Shown here: positions 8,882-17,642 of the stretch, piece by piece
How the letters are laid out: each line of letters starts with the position of its first letter
Position numbering within the stretch: the stretch's first letter is position 1
Assembly: GCA_023489405.1 (NCBI GenBank)
Contig: JAMDCW010000139.1
Location: 1-39,687, forward strand
Source of the DNA: Chloroflexota bacterium
Lineage (GTDB): Bacteria; Chloroflexota; UBA4733
Length of the DNA stretch: 39,687 nt
Direction: 5' to 3'
Position numbers and translations under genes: made by a program
Notes under the pieces: generated by a model
Told to the model about the DNA's origin: nothing
Database searches by the model: none
Seen by the model: the letters and a program-made list of their open reading frames with translations, nothing else

Positions 8882-9631
8882 CTATTGAGCTGCAGTACCG
8901 CCGAGTCCAGTATGAGGTAAAGCCAATGGCAGCACCAGCTTAACCGGGCGTATCGCAACTCCCAAAACTTGACGGACATTGGGGCAGCGAGCGAGCGAAG
9001 GCACACCATCAACAGTGACATGGGCTCCTGGAGTATAGGAGATTGCCCTCGAACCAAACACGAGCACAGTGAGTGATCCTTGAGCCGTCTGTAGCACCAA
9101 TTGGCCACTTGCTGCTTGATAGGACTGCACAACGCCGGTGATCGTCTGTAGAGAGGTGGGCGCTAAGGCGGCGATAATATAAGTCGCCCCTGGTACTGCG
9201 TTGAGCGTTATGGTCGAAGCGGCACTATTGAATGTGATGCCGAGGGGTACAACTGCTCCATTAGCTTCCTGTTGGAATACAACGATGTTTTCAAGATCAC
9301 CACCGGCAGCAGCGAGCACTTGCGGCGGCAGAGGCAAAGTCACCTGGCTGTTACTGACGCCAGGAGGCAATGGGCCTTGAGAAACTTGATATTGCACGGC
9401 GGTAGCAAATGGGAATGCACCAAGCCCAATGCAGGACATCGGTTGGTATGGGGTGCCGCTCGTGTTAGAACCACATCCGGGCGCAGTGCTACCCGGAGCA
9501 CACAAGGGTAGCGGTCCGGCCGTCTGGCCATATGCGACGAGAGATAATGGAGCAACCGCAAAGGCGATGAGGAGAGCCATCCCAGCAGCTACTGCCGCAG
9601 TCGTGCGGGATAGACGTAAGCGTATACGCAC
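8882..9631 (-). CDS. secreted protein of unknown function (signal peptide)
   Basis: GTG 9631 is preceded by AAAGGAGGAGGG. The N-terminus (M)RIRLRLSRTTAAVAAGMALLIAFAVAPLSLVAYGQ looks like a signal peptide. The mature part is rich in Cys, Pro and Thr and ends ...LPHTGLGGTAAQ. Confidence 0.6.
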   Translation of the reverse strand: MRIRLRLSRTTAAVAAGMALLIAFAVAPLSLVAYGQTAGPLPLCAPGSTAPGCGSNTSGTPYQPMSCIGLGAFPFATAVQYQVSQGPLPPGVSNSQVTLPLPPQVLAAAGGDLENIVVFQQEANGAVVPLGITFNSAASTITLNAVPGATYIIAALAPTSLQTITGVVQSYQAASGQLVLQTAQGSLTVLVFGSRAISYTPGAHVTVDGVPSLARCPNVRQVLGVAIRPVKLVLPLALPHTGLGGTAAQ

Positions 9632-9867
9632 GGTTTTTACCCTCCTCCTTTGCATCCACTGAGTTCAGCGATGCTATCTTCCCAATGAACGCACCATAGA
9701 TATCTTTTCATTTACCACCACTATACAGCCAGTGCGTAACGAAAAGTATTGCAAATGAGCCAATCATGATGAATCTGATATATCGTGAGCCGGTCTTTGA
9801 CAGCGAATCACGGGTGATGAGACCGCAGTTACTATAAATATTTCACAGTAGCTCAATGAGACGGGGG

Positions 9868-11685
9868 TTATGAGTCGACGCTGGAAATCTCTGTAACGAG
9901 ACCTCGCACCCAACCAATCATCCGACGGAGCTCGAAGAAGCCCTGTCGCCAAAATGCTGGATCCTTGATGTCGATGCCGAGTGGTTTGAGGATATGATCA
10001 GGTGGTTGGCTGCCACCAGCACGCAATATGCTCAAATAGCGAGGAATAAAGGCCTCTCCTTCAGAATGGTACATCGCATAGAGGGAGAGGACGAGAAGCT
10101 CTCCAAATACGTAGGCGTAGCAATAAAATGGGGTATGAATAAAGTGCGGTATATATGACCATCCTAGGCGATATTCGTCCGTCAACTCAACGCTCTGACC
10201 ATAGTAGGGGTGGTTGGCAGCAATCCACAGGTCAGCGAGCTGCTCAGCGGTGAAGCGCCCTTGTTTTCGTGCTTCAAAAACTGATTGTTCGAACCGCGTG
10301 AGCACATTCTGGCGAAAGACGGTAGCAAAGATCTCTTCGACTTTGCCACCGACCAAAGCGAGCCGGCGCCGAGGATCATTCTCGCGTTGTGCCAGGAGGT
10401 CAAAGGTAAGCATCTCAGAAAATACAGAGGCGGTTTCGGCGAGGGGGAGCACCGGATAGTAATTGAACATCGATTGTTCACTTGCCAATATGTCATGCAA
10501 CCCATGGCCAAGCTCATGTGCCACCGTCATCACATCACGAGCTGTATCTGTATAGTTACAGAGTACATACGGATGTATTTTGGGCGATATCCCCATGCAG
10601 AAAGCCCCACCGCGCTTCCCCCGGCGGGGATCAGCGTCAATCCACAATTGGTCGAAGAACCGGCGGGCCATGCTCATCATGTCCGGAGATGCTACTGCAA
10701 GCGCTGTCAAAATAATCTCCCGAGCTTCTGAATAGGACACTTTCGTCTGATCGTGACTCAGTGGAGCATACTGATCATAGATTTTCAGAGGGCGGACACC
10801 GAGCAGGTCTCCCTTCAACTGAAAGTATTCGTGGGCAAGCGGATAGTGCTCTTCCACGACGCGCATCATTGCATCAACCGCTGCTCCATCAACCTCATTA
10901 GCGAGGTGGCGGCTGGCCATAGGTGAACTGAATGAGCGCAGACGATCATTAATGAGCTTATCCTGGACGAGGGTTTCGTAGACATAGGTGAGCAATGGGG
11001 CTTTCGGTTCGAGGGTATTGTAAAAGACCTCGTGCGCTTGCTTGCGAAGCTCTCGTTCTGGGCTATAGAGCAGCGAGAGAATGGCGGATTGAGTCAGCTC
11101 TCGTGCTTCTCCTTGCCACTCCAGGTGATACGTCATCGCCGACACCTGCTCGTCAAACAACCGCTGCCAGGCCTGGGAAGCGGTGAGCTGCTTTTCATTG
11201 AGCAGTTTTTCTTCAGGTTCTGATAGCGTATGCGGCTTAAACTGCCGTTCCCGCCGTAGATAGTGTTCATAGTGCTCCAACAGAGGGTGGGCCATGAGTG
11301 CTTCGGCGTCGGCGTCAGCAAGCATCCGCCACTCTAGATCGAAAAAGAGGATGATGTTTGTTAGCATTGTCATCTGCTCGTCGATGCGGGCTTCTAATTG
11401 CCGATAAAGATGATTCGTCGTGTCGGAAGCGGAAAGCAGTGCGGGATAACCAGCCACACGATTAGCACGTTCAGACCACGATTCGAAGCGTTGGAGCGCG
11501 GTGAGAAGCGCCTCAGGGATAGGGCCGCCAGGAACAGCGATCTTCCCTCGGTACGTGGCCGCAAGCGATTCAGCCTCCTGTTGTAACCAAGCGAGCTCTT
11601 CATTGATTCGTGGATCATCTGGGCCAGAAAACAAATCGGACAAATCCCACGAAATGTCCTGAGCAGTAGACGCTTCTCCTACCAT
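9868..11685 (-). CDS. pepF: M3B-family oligoendopeptidase F
   Basis: 605 aa with the zinc motif VAHELGHGLH. AAGGAG lies 9 nt upstream of the ATG, 18 nt after the gcvPB stop. Confidence 0.85.
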   Translation of the reverse strand: MVGEASTAQDISWDLSDLFSGPDDPRINEELAWLQQEAESLAATYRGKIAVPGGPIPEALLTALQRFESWSERANRVAGYPALLSASDTTNHLYRQLEARIDEQMTMLTNIILFFDLEWRMLADADAEALMAHPLLEHYEHYLRRERQFKPHTLSEPEEKLLNEKQLTASQAWQRLFDEQVSAMTYHLEWQGEARELTQSAILSLLYSPERELRKQAHEVFYNTLEPKAPLLTYVYETLVQDKLINDRLRSFSSPMASRHLANEVDGAAVDAMMRVVEEHYPLAHEYFQLKGDLLGVRPLKIYDQYAPLSHDQTKVSYSEAREIILTALAVASPDMMSMARRFFDQLWIDADPRRGKRGGAFCMGISPKIHPYVLCNYTDTARDVMTVAHELGHGLHDILASEQSMFNYYPVLPLAETASVFSEMLTFDLLAQRENDPRRRLALVGGKVEEIFATVFRQNVLTRFEQSVFEARKQGRFTAEQLADLWIAANHPYYGQSVELTDEYRLGWSYIPHFIHTPFYCYAYVFGELLVLSLYAMYHSEGEAFIPRYLSILRAGGSQPPDHILKPLGIDIKDPAFWRQGFFELRRMIGWVRGLVTEISSVDS

Positions 11686-11703
11686 CCATAGTACTCCTTA
11701 AGG

Positions 11704-13197
11704 CTATAGGCAACCTGGAAAACATATATTGGGACGACGGGCTGCAGCTACTTCGTCAAAACGCCGATAAGGGGCGCTATGCGGCGCAGTGCGTACCAAC
11801 CTAGGATCGGACTCCGCCTCTTGGGCAATGGCGCGCATGGCATGTACGAAATGATCAAGCATCTCTATGCTTTCAGTCTCTGTAGGCTCGATCAGGAGCG
11901 CTTCCGGTACACCCAATGGAAAGTACATCGTCGGCGCGTGAAACCCATAGTCGAGTAGTCGCTTCGCGATATCAAGAGCAGTCACACCAGCATCACGCCA
12001 GCGAGTAGCTTGCAACAGCGTCTCATGCATACAGGGGCCATCGAAGCGAGCGGGATAGAGATCTTGGAGCTGTACACGCAGATAGTTCGCCGCTAAAACA
12101 GCGTCTTCACTAATCTGGCGAAGACCTTCAGCACCATGGGCGAGTATATAGACATAGGCACGAACAAGAACACCAAAACTACCCCAAAATGCGCGCACGC
12201 GGCCGATAGATTCGGGCGATTCCCCAAAGCGGTAGATTCCTTCGTGGAGAACGACCTGTGGATTGGGTAAGTAAGGTGTTAGGTGGGCCCGGCAGGCCAC
12301 TGGGCCGGCGCCGGGACCACCACCGCCGTGAGGCGTCGAGAACGTTTTATGCGTGTTGAAATGAAGGACGTCAAAGCCCAAATCCCCTGGGCGAACTATC
12401 CCCATGATCGCGTTCATATTGGCACCGTCACCGTAAACCTGAGCACCAGCGCGATGAACCAAGGCATTAGCCTCTGCGACGTGGTGCTCAAACCGGCCAT
12501 ATGTATTGGGATTCGTAAGCATCAGGGCTGCTACGGAAGAATCAAGGGCTCTTTCCAAAGCCGCCAGATCAATACTGCCATCCCCTAATGAAGGGATCTC
12601 GCGAACGGTGTAACCGCACATGTGAGCGGTAGCCGGGTTCGTACCGTGGGCAGAAGCTGGAACAAGAACGATGGTTCGTTGATGCTCCCCTCGTGATTCG
12701 TGATAAGCACGGATCATCAGCATTCCTGTAAGCTCGCCATGGGCACCAGCAGCGGGCTGAAGCGTACAAGCATCCATACCGGCAATCTCTGCTAAAAACC
12801 CTTGTAGCTCGTAGAGTAGGCGAAGGGCTCCTTGCACGGTCTCGACAGGCTGGAGAGGATGAATATGGGAAAACCCGGGAAGACTGGCTATCGCATCGTT
12901 GACCTTCGGGTTGTATTTCATCGTGCACGACCCTAGCGGATACATGGTGGTATCTATACTGAAGTTCAACTGCGATAGCCTAGTGAAGTGGCCGACGGCA
13001 TCACGTTCAGAGACCTCCGGGAGATGAAGTAGAGTCTTACGCTGAAAAGAAGGGGGAACAAGGTTATCGAGCGGCTCCTCGGGAACATCGGCTTTCGAGA
13101 AACGAATTCCCCGACGCTCTGGAGCCCCTACGTCAAAGATATAAGACTCGGCGCGAATATTTGCGAACGCCGGAGACTGCATCGCCTCTGCCGTCAT
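11704..13197 (-). CDS. gcvPB: glycine dehydrogenase (decarboxylating) subunit 2
   Basis: Has the PLP-lysine motif HFNTHKTFSTPHGGGGPG. ATG 13197 overlaps the gcvPA TGA (ATGA); the longer track start is rejected. Confidence 0.92.
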   Translation of the reverse strand: MTAEAMQSPAFANIRAESYIFDVGAPERRGIRFSKADVPEEPLDNLVPPSFQRKTLLHLPEVSERDAVGHFTRLSQLNFSIDTTMYPLGSCTMKYNPKVNDAIASLPGFSHIHPLQPVETVQGALRLLYELQGFLAEIAGMDACTLQPAAGAHGELTGMLMIRAYHESRGEHQRTIVLVPASAHGTNPATAHMCGYTVREIPSLGDGSIDLAALERALDSSVAALMLTNPNTYGRFEHHVAEANALVHRAGAQVYGDGANMNAIMGIVRPGDLGFDVLHFNTHKTFSTPHGGGGPGAGPVACRAHLTPYLPNPQVVLHEGIYRFGESPESIGRVRAFWGSFGVLVRAYVYILAHGAEGLRQISEDAVLAANYLRVQLQDLYPARFDGPCMHETLLQATRWRDAGVTALDIAKRLLDYGFHAPTMYFPLGVPEALLIEPTETESIEMLDHFVHAMRAIAQEAESDPRLVRTAPHSAPYRRFDEVAAARRPNICFPGCL

Positions 13198-14528
13198 AGT
13201 CCCAGCCTTTCCAGACACGAGACGTAGTCGTCGAGATCTTGTCGAGTGTTTAGCTCGGTGACACATATGAGTAAGCAGTCAGCGAGTTCTGGAAACCATC
13301 TGCCGAGGGGTATTCCGGCCAAGATGCCATACGGGAGTAAACGCTGAGCCAGCTCTTCTGCTGCAATTGGGCAGCGTACAACGAACTCATTGAAGAACGG
13401 ACCTTCCATCAAGGTGAAGCCTGGCAGCGACGTGATACGCTGGGCGAGATAATGCGCCCGGCGCAGGCAGATCTCTGCCACTTCATGCAAGCCCTGAGGG
13501 CCGAGCAAGGACAGGTACATTGCCGCCTGGAGAGCCAACAGCGACTGATTCGTGCAAATATTCGAAGATGCGCGATCGCGTCGAATGTCCTGTTCTCTCG
13601 CCCGGAGGGTGAGAACGAAGCCTTCCTTCCCATCACGGTCGACTGCTACCCCGGCGATCCGCCCGGGCAAATGGCGTAGATATCGTTGCCGTGTCGCCAT
13701 AATTCCGAGGCTAGGCCCGCCGAAAGACACGGGAATACCTAGAGGCTGCCCTTCAGCTACGGCAATATCGGCACCACAAGCCCCTGGGCTTTCAAGCAAT
13801 CCCAAAGCGATGGGGTAAAATACGGCTATGAGTAGTGCCCCTACAGCATGGGCCAGCTCTGCAAAGCGACACCAGTCCTCAAGCCGTCCGAAGGTATTCG
13901 GGCTGGGAACGACAACAGCAGCGACCGAAGCATCCAGAGCTGAGGGCCCACTAGCCAGATCGAAGAGAAAATGAGGGAAGATGCTGTCCCCAACTATTCT
14001 CAAAGGCACGCGGTAGCTATGCAACACCGATAGATAGTGCGCATGCAGTGAACGCGGGACCACAATGATATCACGGCCAGTGATATTCCGAGCCATGACC
14101 GTCGCTTCGGCAAGTGCTGTAGCGCCGTCATATACCGAAGCATTAGCGGCTTCAAGACCCGTAAGAGCGCAGACCATGCTTTGGAATTCATACATCGCCT
14201 GTAACGTGCCTTGGCTCACCTCCGGCTGGTATGGCGTGTAAGAAGTGGCAAACTCACCTCGGAGTGACAATGCGGGTATTGCAGCGGGGATAAAGTGGGA
14301 ATATGCCCCTCCTCCGAGGAATGACGAGAGTTGTAACGTATGACGATTCTGCTCCGCCAGGGACCGCAAGTGCCGTTGCAGTTCGAGCTCAGTCAGGGGT
14401 TGGGGAAGGCGCAGCGGCTCGCTGCGTTCTGCTCCAGGGATAACCGCAAGCAGATCGGCGACTTCGCTGGCACCGATCGCAGAGAGCATGCGTAACCGAT
14501 CTTCGGAGGTATGAGGGGTATAAGACAC
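13194..14528 (-). CDS. gcvPA: glycine dehydrogenase (decarboxylating) subunit 1
   Basis: 444 aa reading SYTPHT...FLGGGAY.H.IP...EF.TSYTPYQPEVSQG, typical of the P-protein alpha subunit. GTG start 2 nt after the gcvH stop. Confidence 0.92.
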   Translation of the reverse strand: MSYTPHTSEDRLRMLSAIGASEVADLLAVIPGAERSEPLRLPQPLTELELQRHLRSLAEQNRHTLQLSSFLGGGAYSHFIPAAIPALSLRGEFATSYTPYQPEVSQGTLQAMYEFQSMVCALTGLEAANASVYDGATALAEATVMARNITGRDIIVVPRSLHAHYLSVLHSYRVPLRIVGDSIFPHFLFDLASGPSALDASVAAVVVPSPNTFGRLEDWCRFAELAHAVGALLIAVFYPIALGLLESPGACGADIAVAEGQPLGIPVSFGGPSLGIMATRQRYLRHLPGRIAGVAVDRDGKEGFVLTLRAREQDIRRDRASSNICTNQSLLALQAAMYLSLLGPQGLHEVAEICLRRAHYLAQRITSLPGFTLMEGPFFNEFVVRCPIAAEELAQRLLPYGILAGIPLGRWFPELADCLLICVTELNTRQDLDDYVSCLERLGL

Positions 14529-14530
14529 GG

Positions 14531-14920
14531 TCAGTGTCCGTTCGCTGCTATCGACCGGCTATATTGCTCGGCGGTGAGTAATGATTCAAATTCGTGAGTA
14601 TCAGCCATATGTACGCGAATCATCCACCCTTCACCATATGGATCATCATTGACCAGCTCGGGCTCGTCTGCTAAACGAGTGTTGACTTCGACAACCGTGC
14701 CGGTCAGGGGAGCGAAAAGCTCCGATGAAGCCTTCTGGCTATCTACTGCTCCAAAAGACTGATGGGCAACTACTGCTGCCCCTACTTCAGGAAGGTCTAC
14801 AAACACTACAGGACCTAACTGCTCCTGGGCGTAGTCGGTGATGCCAACAGTAGCGAGATCACCATTACGATGCGCCCACTCATGCTCATTGGTATAGCGA
14901 CAGTCTTTAGGAACTTTCAC
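14531..14920 (-). CDS. gcvH: glycine cleavage system H protein
   Basis: 129 aa with YTNEHEW...GITDYAQ and the lipoyl-lysine context VDSQKASSELFAPLTG. Confidence 0.92.
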   Translation of the reverse strand: MKVPKDCRYTNEHEWAHRNGDLATVGITDYAQEQLGPVVFVDLPEVGAAVVAHQSFGAVDSQKASSELFAPLTGTVVEVNTRLADEPELVNDDPYGEGWMIRVHMADTHEFESLLTAEQYSRSIAANGH

Positions 14921-14923
14921 GTA

Positions 14924-16045
14924 TCACCCCTTCCCACGCCGAACACGTTGCCGCCGATAAAACGGTAATGTAGAGACGACAGCCGTAACACCCTCCTGAC
15001 GTATTGTCACCTGCACCTCATCATCTCTCGTACTATCAGGGTGAAGGTACGCCATGGCAATACTCATATGAACTGTCGGGGCAAAAGCTCCGCTGGTAAC
15101 CACACCTATAGGCTGGCTATGACGCAACACTGGGAAGCCCTGTCGAGCCACTGCCCGCGAGGTGAGTCGAAGTCCCCAGAGGCGGCGTTGCGAACCACGG
15201 ATCCGCTCTTGCATCAAAGCTTCACGTGCAAGAAATTTTCCCTTGTCGAAGGCAACGAATCGATCCAGTCCTGCTTCTAGTGGAGTCGTCGTATCATCAA
15301 GCTCATGGCCATAGAGGGGCAAACCTGCTTCCATCCGTAGCGTATCTCGAGCTCCTAAGCCGCAAACCTGGCCACCGAACTTACGCACTGCTTCTGATAG
15401 TGCTCGCCATGTCACTTCTGCCCGATCGTTATCCACAATGATTTCGACGCCGTCTTCTCCCGTATATCCAGTTCGGGAAAGGAAGACATCACCACCAGCT
15501 AAATGCACTTGAGTGAGGTGATAGCGATGTGGAGGCTGAAAACCTTCAGGAGCGACGCTTGCTATCGCTTCGAGGGCACGAGGGCCCTGAACCGCGAGCA
15601 TCGCCGTGCGCATCGTAGCGTCATCGAAGAAAGCTTTCGATCGACTATGCTCGCATAGAAATGCGAGATCGCGCTCTCTGTTACTCGCATTGAGTACGAG
15701 GAAAAAGCCTCCGGACAGACGGTAGACAAGGATATCATCAATGGTCGTTCCATCTGGACGACAGAGTAGATTGTAGTGTGCCTCTCCTTCTTGCAGGTGC
15801 GCCACCCAGTTCGTTGTCGTCTGCTCAAGAAGGGGTAATGCATCTTCTCCTCGAACAAAGACCCGCCCCATGTGGCTGATATCGAACAGACCAACGGCTG
15901 AGCGTACTGCCACATGCTCCCGCAAGGATCCTCCTCCATACTGAAGTGGCATACTCCATCCGGCAAATGACACCATGCGCGCACCAAGCTCCACGTGCTC
16001 CGCCCACAGTGCCGTCTTACGCAAAGCGACCTCTGCTTCTCTCAC
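14924..16045 (-). CDS. gcvT: aminomethyltransferase (glycine cleavage T protein)
   Basis: 373 aa reading LRKTALWAEHVELGARMVSFAGWSMPLQY...GLFDISHMG...TGYTGEDG. The GTG start overlaps the proA TGA (GTGA). Confidence 0.92.
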   Translation of the reverse strand: MREAEVALRKTALWAEHVELGARMVSFAGWSMPLQYGGGSLREHVAVRSAVGLFDISHMGRVFVRGEDALPLLEQTTTNWVAHLQEGEAHYNLLCRPDGTTIDDILVYRLSGGFFLVLNASNRERDLAFLCEHSRSKAFFDDATMRTAMLAVQGPRALEAIASVAPEGFQPPHRYHLTQVHLAGGDVFLSRTGYTGEDGVEIIVDNDRAEVTWRALSEAVRKFGGQVCGLGARDTLRMEAGLPLYGHELDDTTTPLEAGLDRFVAFDKGKFLAREALMQERIRGSQRRLWGLRLTSRAVARQGFPVLRHSQPIGVVTSGAFAPTVHMSIAMAYLHPDSTRDDEVQVTIRQEGVTAVVSTLPFYRRQRVRRGKG

Positions 16046-17349
16046 CGTGGCCTAACCTGTCCATCTCCAAGAATGACCCACTTGTAGGTGGTAATCTCCC
16101 GGAGCCCCATCGGACCACGAGCGTGTAATTTCTGCGTACTTATCCCTATTTCAGCTCCCAAACCGAACTCGCCGCCATCGGTAAACTGTGTCGAGGCATT
16201 GAGGTAGACCGCCGCAGCGTCTACCTCCTGGAGAAAACGCATCGCCGTCGGATAGTGTTCAGCAATGATCGCTTCAGAATGGCCAGAACCAAAGGTCGCT
16301 ATATGTTCAAGAGCTCCATCGATACCGTCAACTACAGCTACGGCAGCATCCAGCGAAAGATACTCCTTACCCCAATCTGATGCAAGCGCGGGCTCTACAT
16401 GATGAAGGTTCAGCCCGTGAGCAATGAGACAAGCATAGGCCTCCTCATCGCAATGCAGCGTAACACTATGGGAGATCAAAGCTCTCGCTACTACCGGCAA
16501 GTATTCTTGGGCTACTGCCCGATCAATCAGCACAGTATCCAGGGCGTTGCAGATAGAGGGGCGGCGCACCTTGGCATTAACGACAATCTGTTCGGCCTTT
16601 CCGGGATCTGCCGAACGATCGATATAGGTATGGCAAACACCAGCACCAGTTTCGATGACCGGCACCTGGGCATTTTCCACCACGAAATCGATCAGATGAC
16701 GTCCACCACGTGGTATGACCAGATCGACCAGCCCCCGGAGCTTCAAGAGCGCCGCTACGGTTTCTCGCGACTCGGCAGAAATACCTTGGGCACAGCTTTC
16801 CGGCAGGCCAACGTCCTTCAAGGATCGCTGTATCAGATCGACAAGGGCCTGGTTCGACTTCCGTGCACTTCTACTACCACGGAGAAGCACGGCATTCCCT
16901 GCCTTGAGGCAAAGCGATGCGGCATCTATGGTCACATTGGGACGGCCCTCAAAAATGATACCGATGACTCCAAAAGGTACACGGTGCTGGCCCACCCATA
17001 ATCCATTCGACAGGCGACGGAAGGGGCCTTGCTCGGCGAGGGGATCCGGAAGACGAGCAACGAGCTCAGCACTCGTGGCCATCGCATCTACCCGGCTCGC
17101 TGTGAGCGCCAATCGATCGAGGGAGGAGGCAGATGCCCCTTGCTCCCGCTCAGACTCGACATCGAGGGCATTCGTCTGTAAGAGCTCATCTACCTGTTCT
17201 CGTAGCAAGCTTGCCAGACGGTACAATGCCTGGGACCGCTGGGCATCTGAAGAGTGAGCAAGGAGCCTGCTGGCGGATCGGGCTTCTTGCGCCTGGTTTA
17301 CTAAAAGGTCGCTATCGAATAGCGTGCCACTATGCGCCTCAGCTACCAT
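16042..17349 (-). CDS. proA: gamma-glutamyl phosphate reductase
   Basis: 435 aa with ...VIGIIFEGRPNVT..., the catalytic-Cys context RPSICNALDTVLI and GSGHSEAI. Confidence 0.9.
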   Translation of the reverse strand: MVAEAHSGTLFDSDLLVNQAQEARSASRLLAHSSDAQRSQALYRLASLLREQVDELLQTNALDVESEREQGASASSLDRLALTASRVDAMATSAELVARLPDPLAEQGPFRRLSNGLWVGQHRVPFGVIGIIFEGRPNVTIDAASLCLKAGNAVLLRGSRSARKSNQALVDLIQRSLKDVGLPESCAQGISAESRETVAALLKLRGLVDLVIPRGGRHLIDFVVENAQVPVIETGAGVCHTYIDRSADPGKAEQIVVNAKVRRPSICNALDTVLIDRAVAQEYLPVVARALISHSVTLHCDEEAYACLIAHGLNLHHVEPALASDWGKEYLSLDAAVAVVDGIDGALEHIATFGSGHSEAIIAEHYPTAMRFLQEVDAAAVYLNASTQFTDGGEFGLGAEIGISTQKLHARGPMGLREITTYKWVILGDGQVRPR

Positions 17350-17405
17350 ACCTCGTCGCTCCCTCTGCCGTCATCACATCGTACCTCTCCATTACCTGAG
17401 CCCTG

Positions 17406-17555
17406 GCCCGGATTGTCCACCAGTTCTTACCCTGTCTGCGCTGCGGAGAACGGCCCCGCCCCTCGCTCCCCTCTCATCCTTTTAGGATGGAGAGGGGAGA
17501 TGACGACGTGGGTGGCTAACCGGTGCCATACTCCACCTCCGCGAATGATCCGGGC
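17406..17555. repeat. conserved intergenic structured element, copy A (core 17442-17555; candidate ncRNA/cis-regulatory RNA or MITE-like repeat)
   Basis: Six collinear blocks are shared with 25126-25370. There is a 14-bp hairpin (17466-17479 with 17485-17499). An 8-bp inverted repeat GCCCGGAT/ATCCGGGC flanks the element at 17406-17413 and 17548-17555. G-U logic weakly favours the minus strand. Confidence 0.5.
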
Positions 17556-17633
17556 TCGAGATATCTTCTCCTATACCGACTGAATCAAGTTTACCCTCGG
17601 TCTCTACGAAGCTGGCGAGCCGCAATCTTCTCT

Positions 17634-17642
17634 CGTATACCA
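17634..17642 (-). promoter_or_regulatory. candidate extended -10 promoter (TGGTATACG) for the proA-gcv operon
   Basis: The minus strand reads TGGTATACG. It would give a ~280-nt leader containing repeat copy A. Motif evidence only. Confidence 0.3.

Noticed and set aside
8882-8920. LPHTG near the C-terminus of the secreted protein as a sortase sorting signal
   Set aside because: Only 7 residues (LGGTAAQ) follow the motif. There is no hydrophobic helix or basic tail, and nothing suitable appears in other frames downstream.
17540-17555. Resemblance of minus-strand GAUCAUUCGCG to the GAUGAUUCGCG segment of the THF-I riboswitch (from memory)
   Set aside because: In THF-I that segment pairs with a downstream GAAUCAU. 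No such partner exists inside the element, and copy B has no downstream gene. It is still worth a cmscan, but it is not a supported call.
17350-17640. Expected glycine riboswitch upstream of the gcv genes
   Set aside because: I read the minus-strand leader fully. It has no ACCGAAGGGGCAA-type core and no tandem aptamer layout. Only a lone CUCAGGUAAUGGAGAGG resembles part of the consensus.
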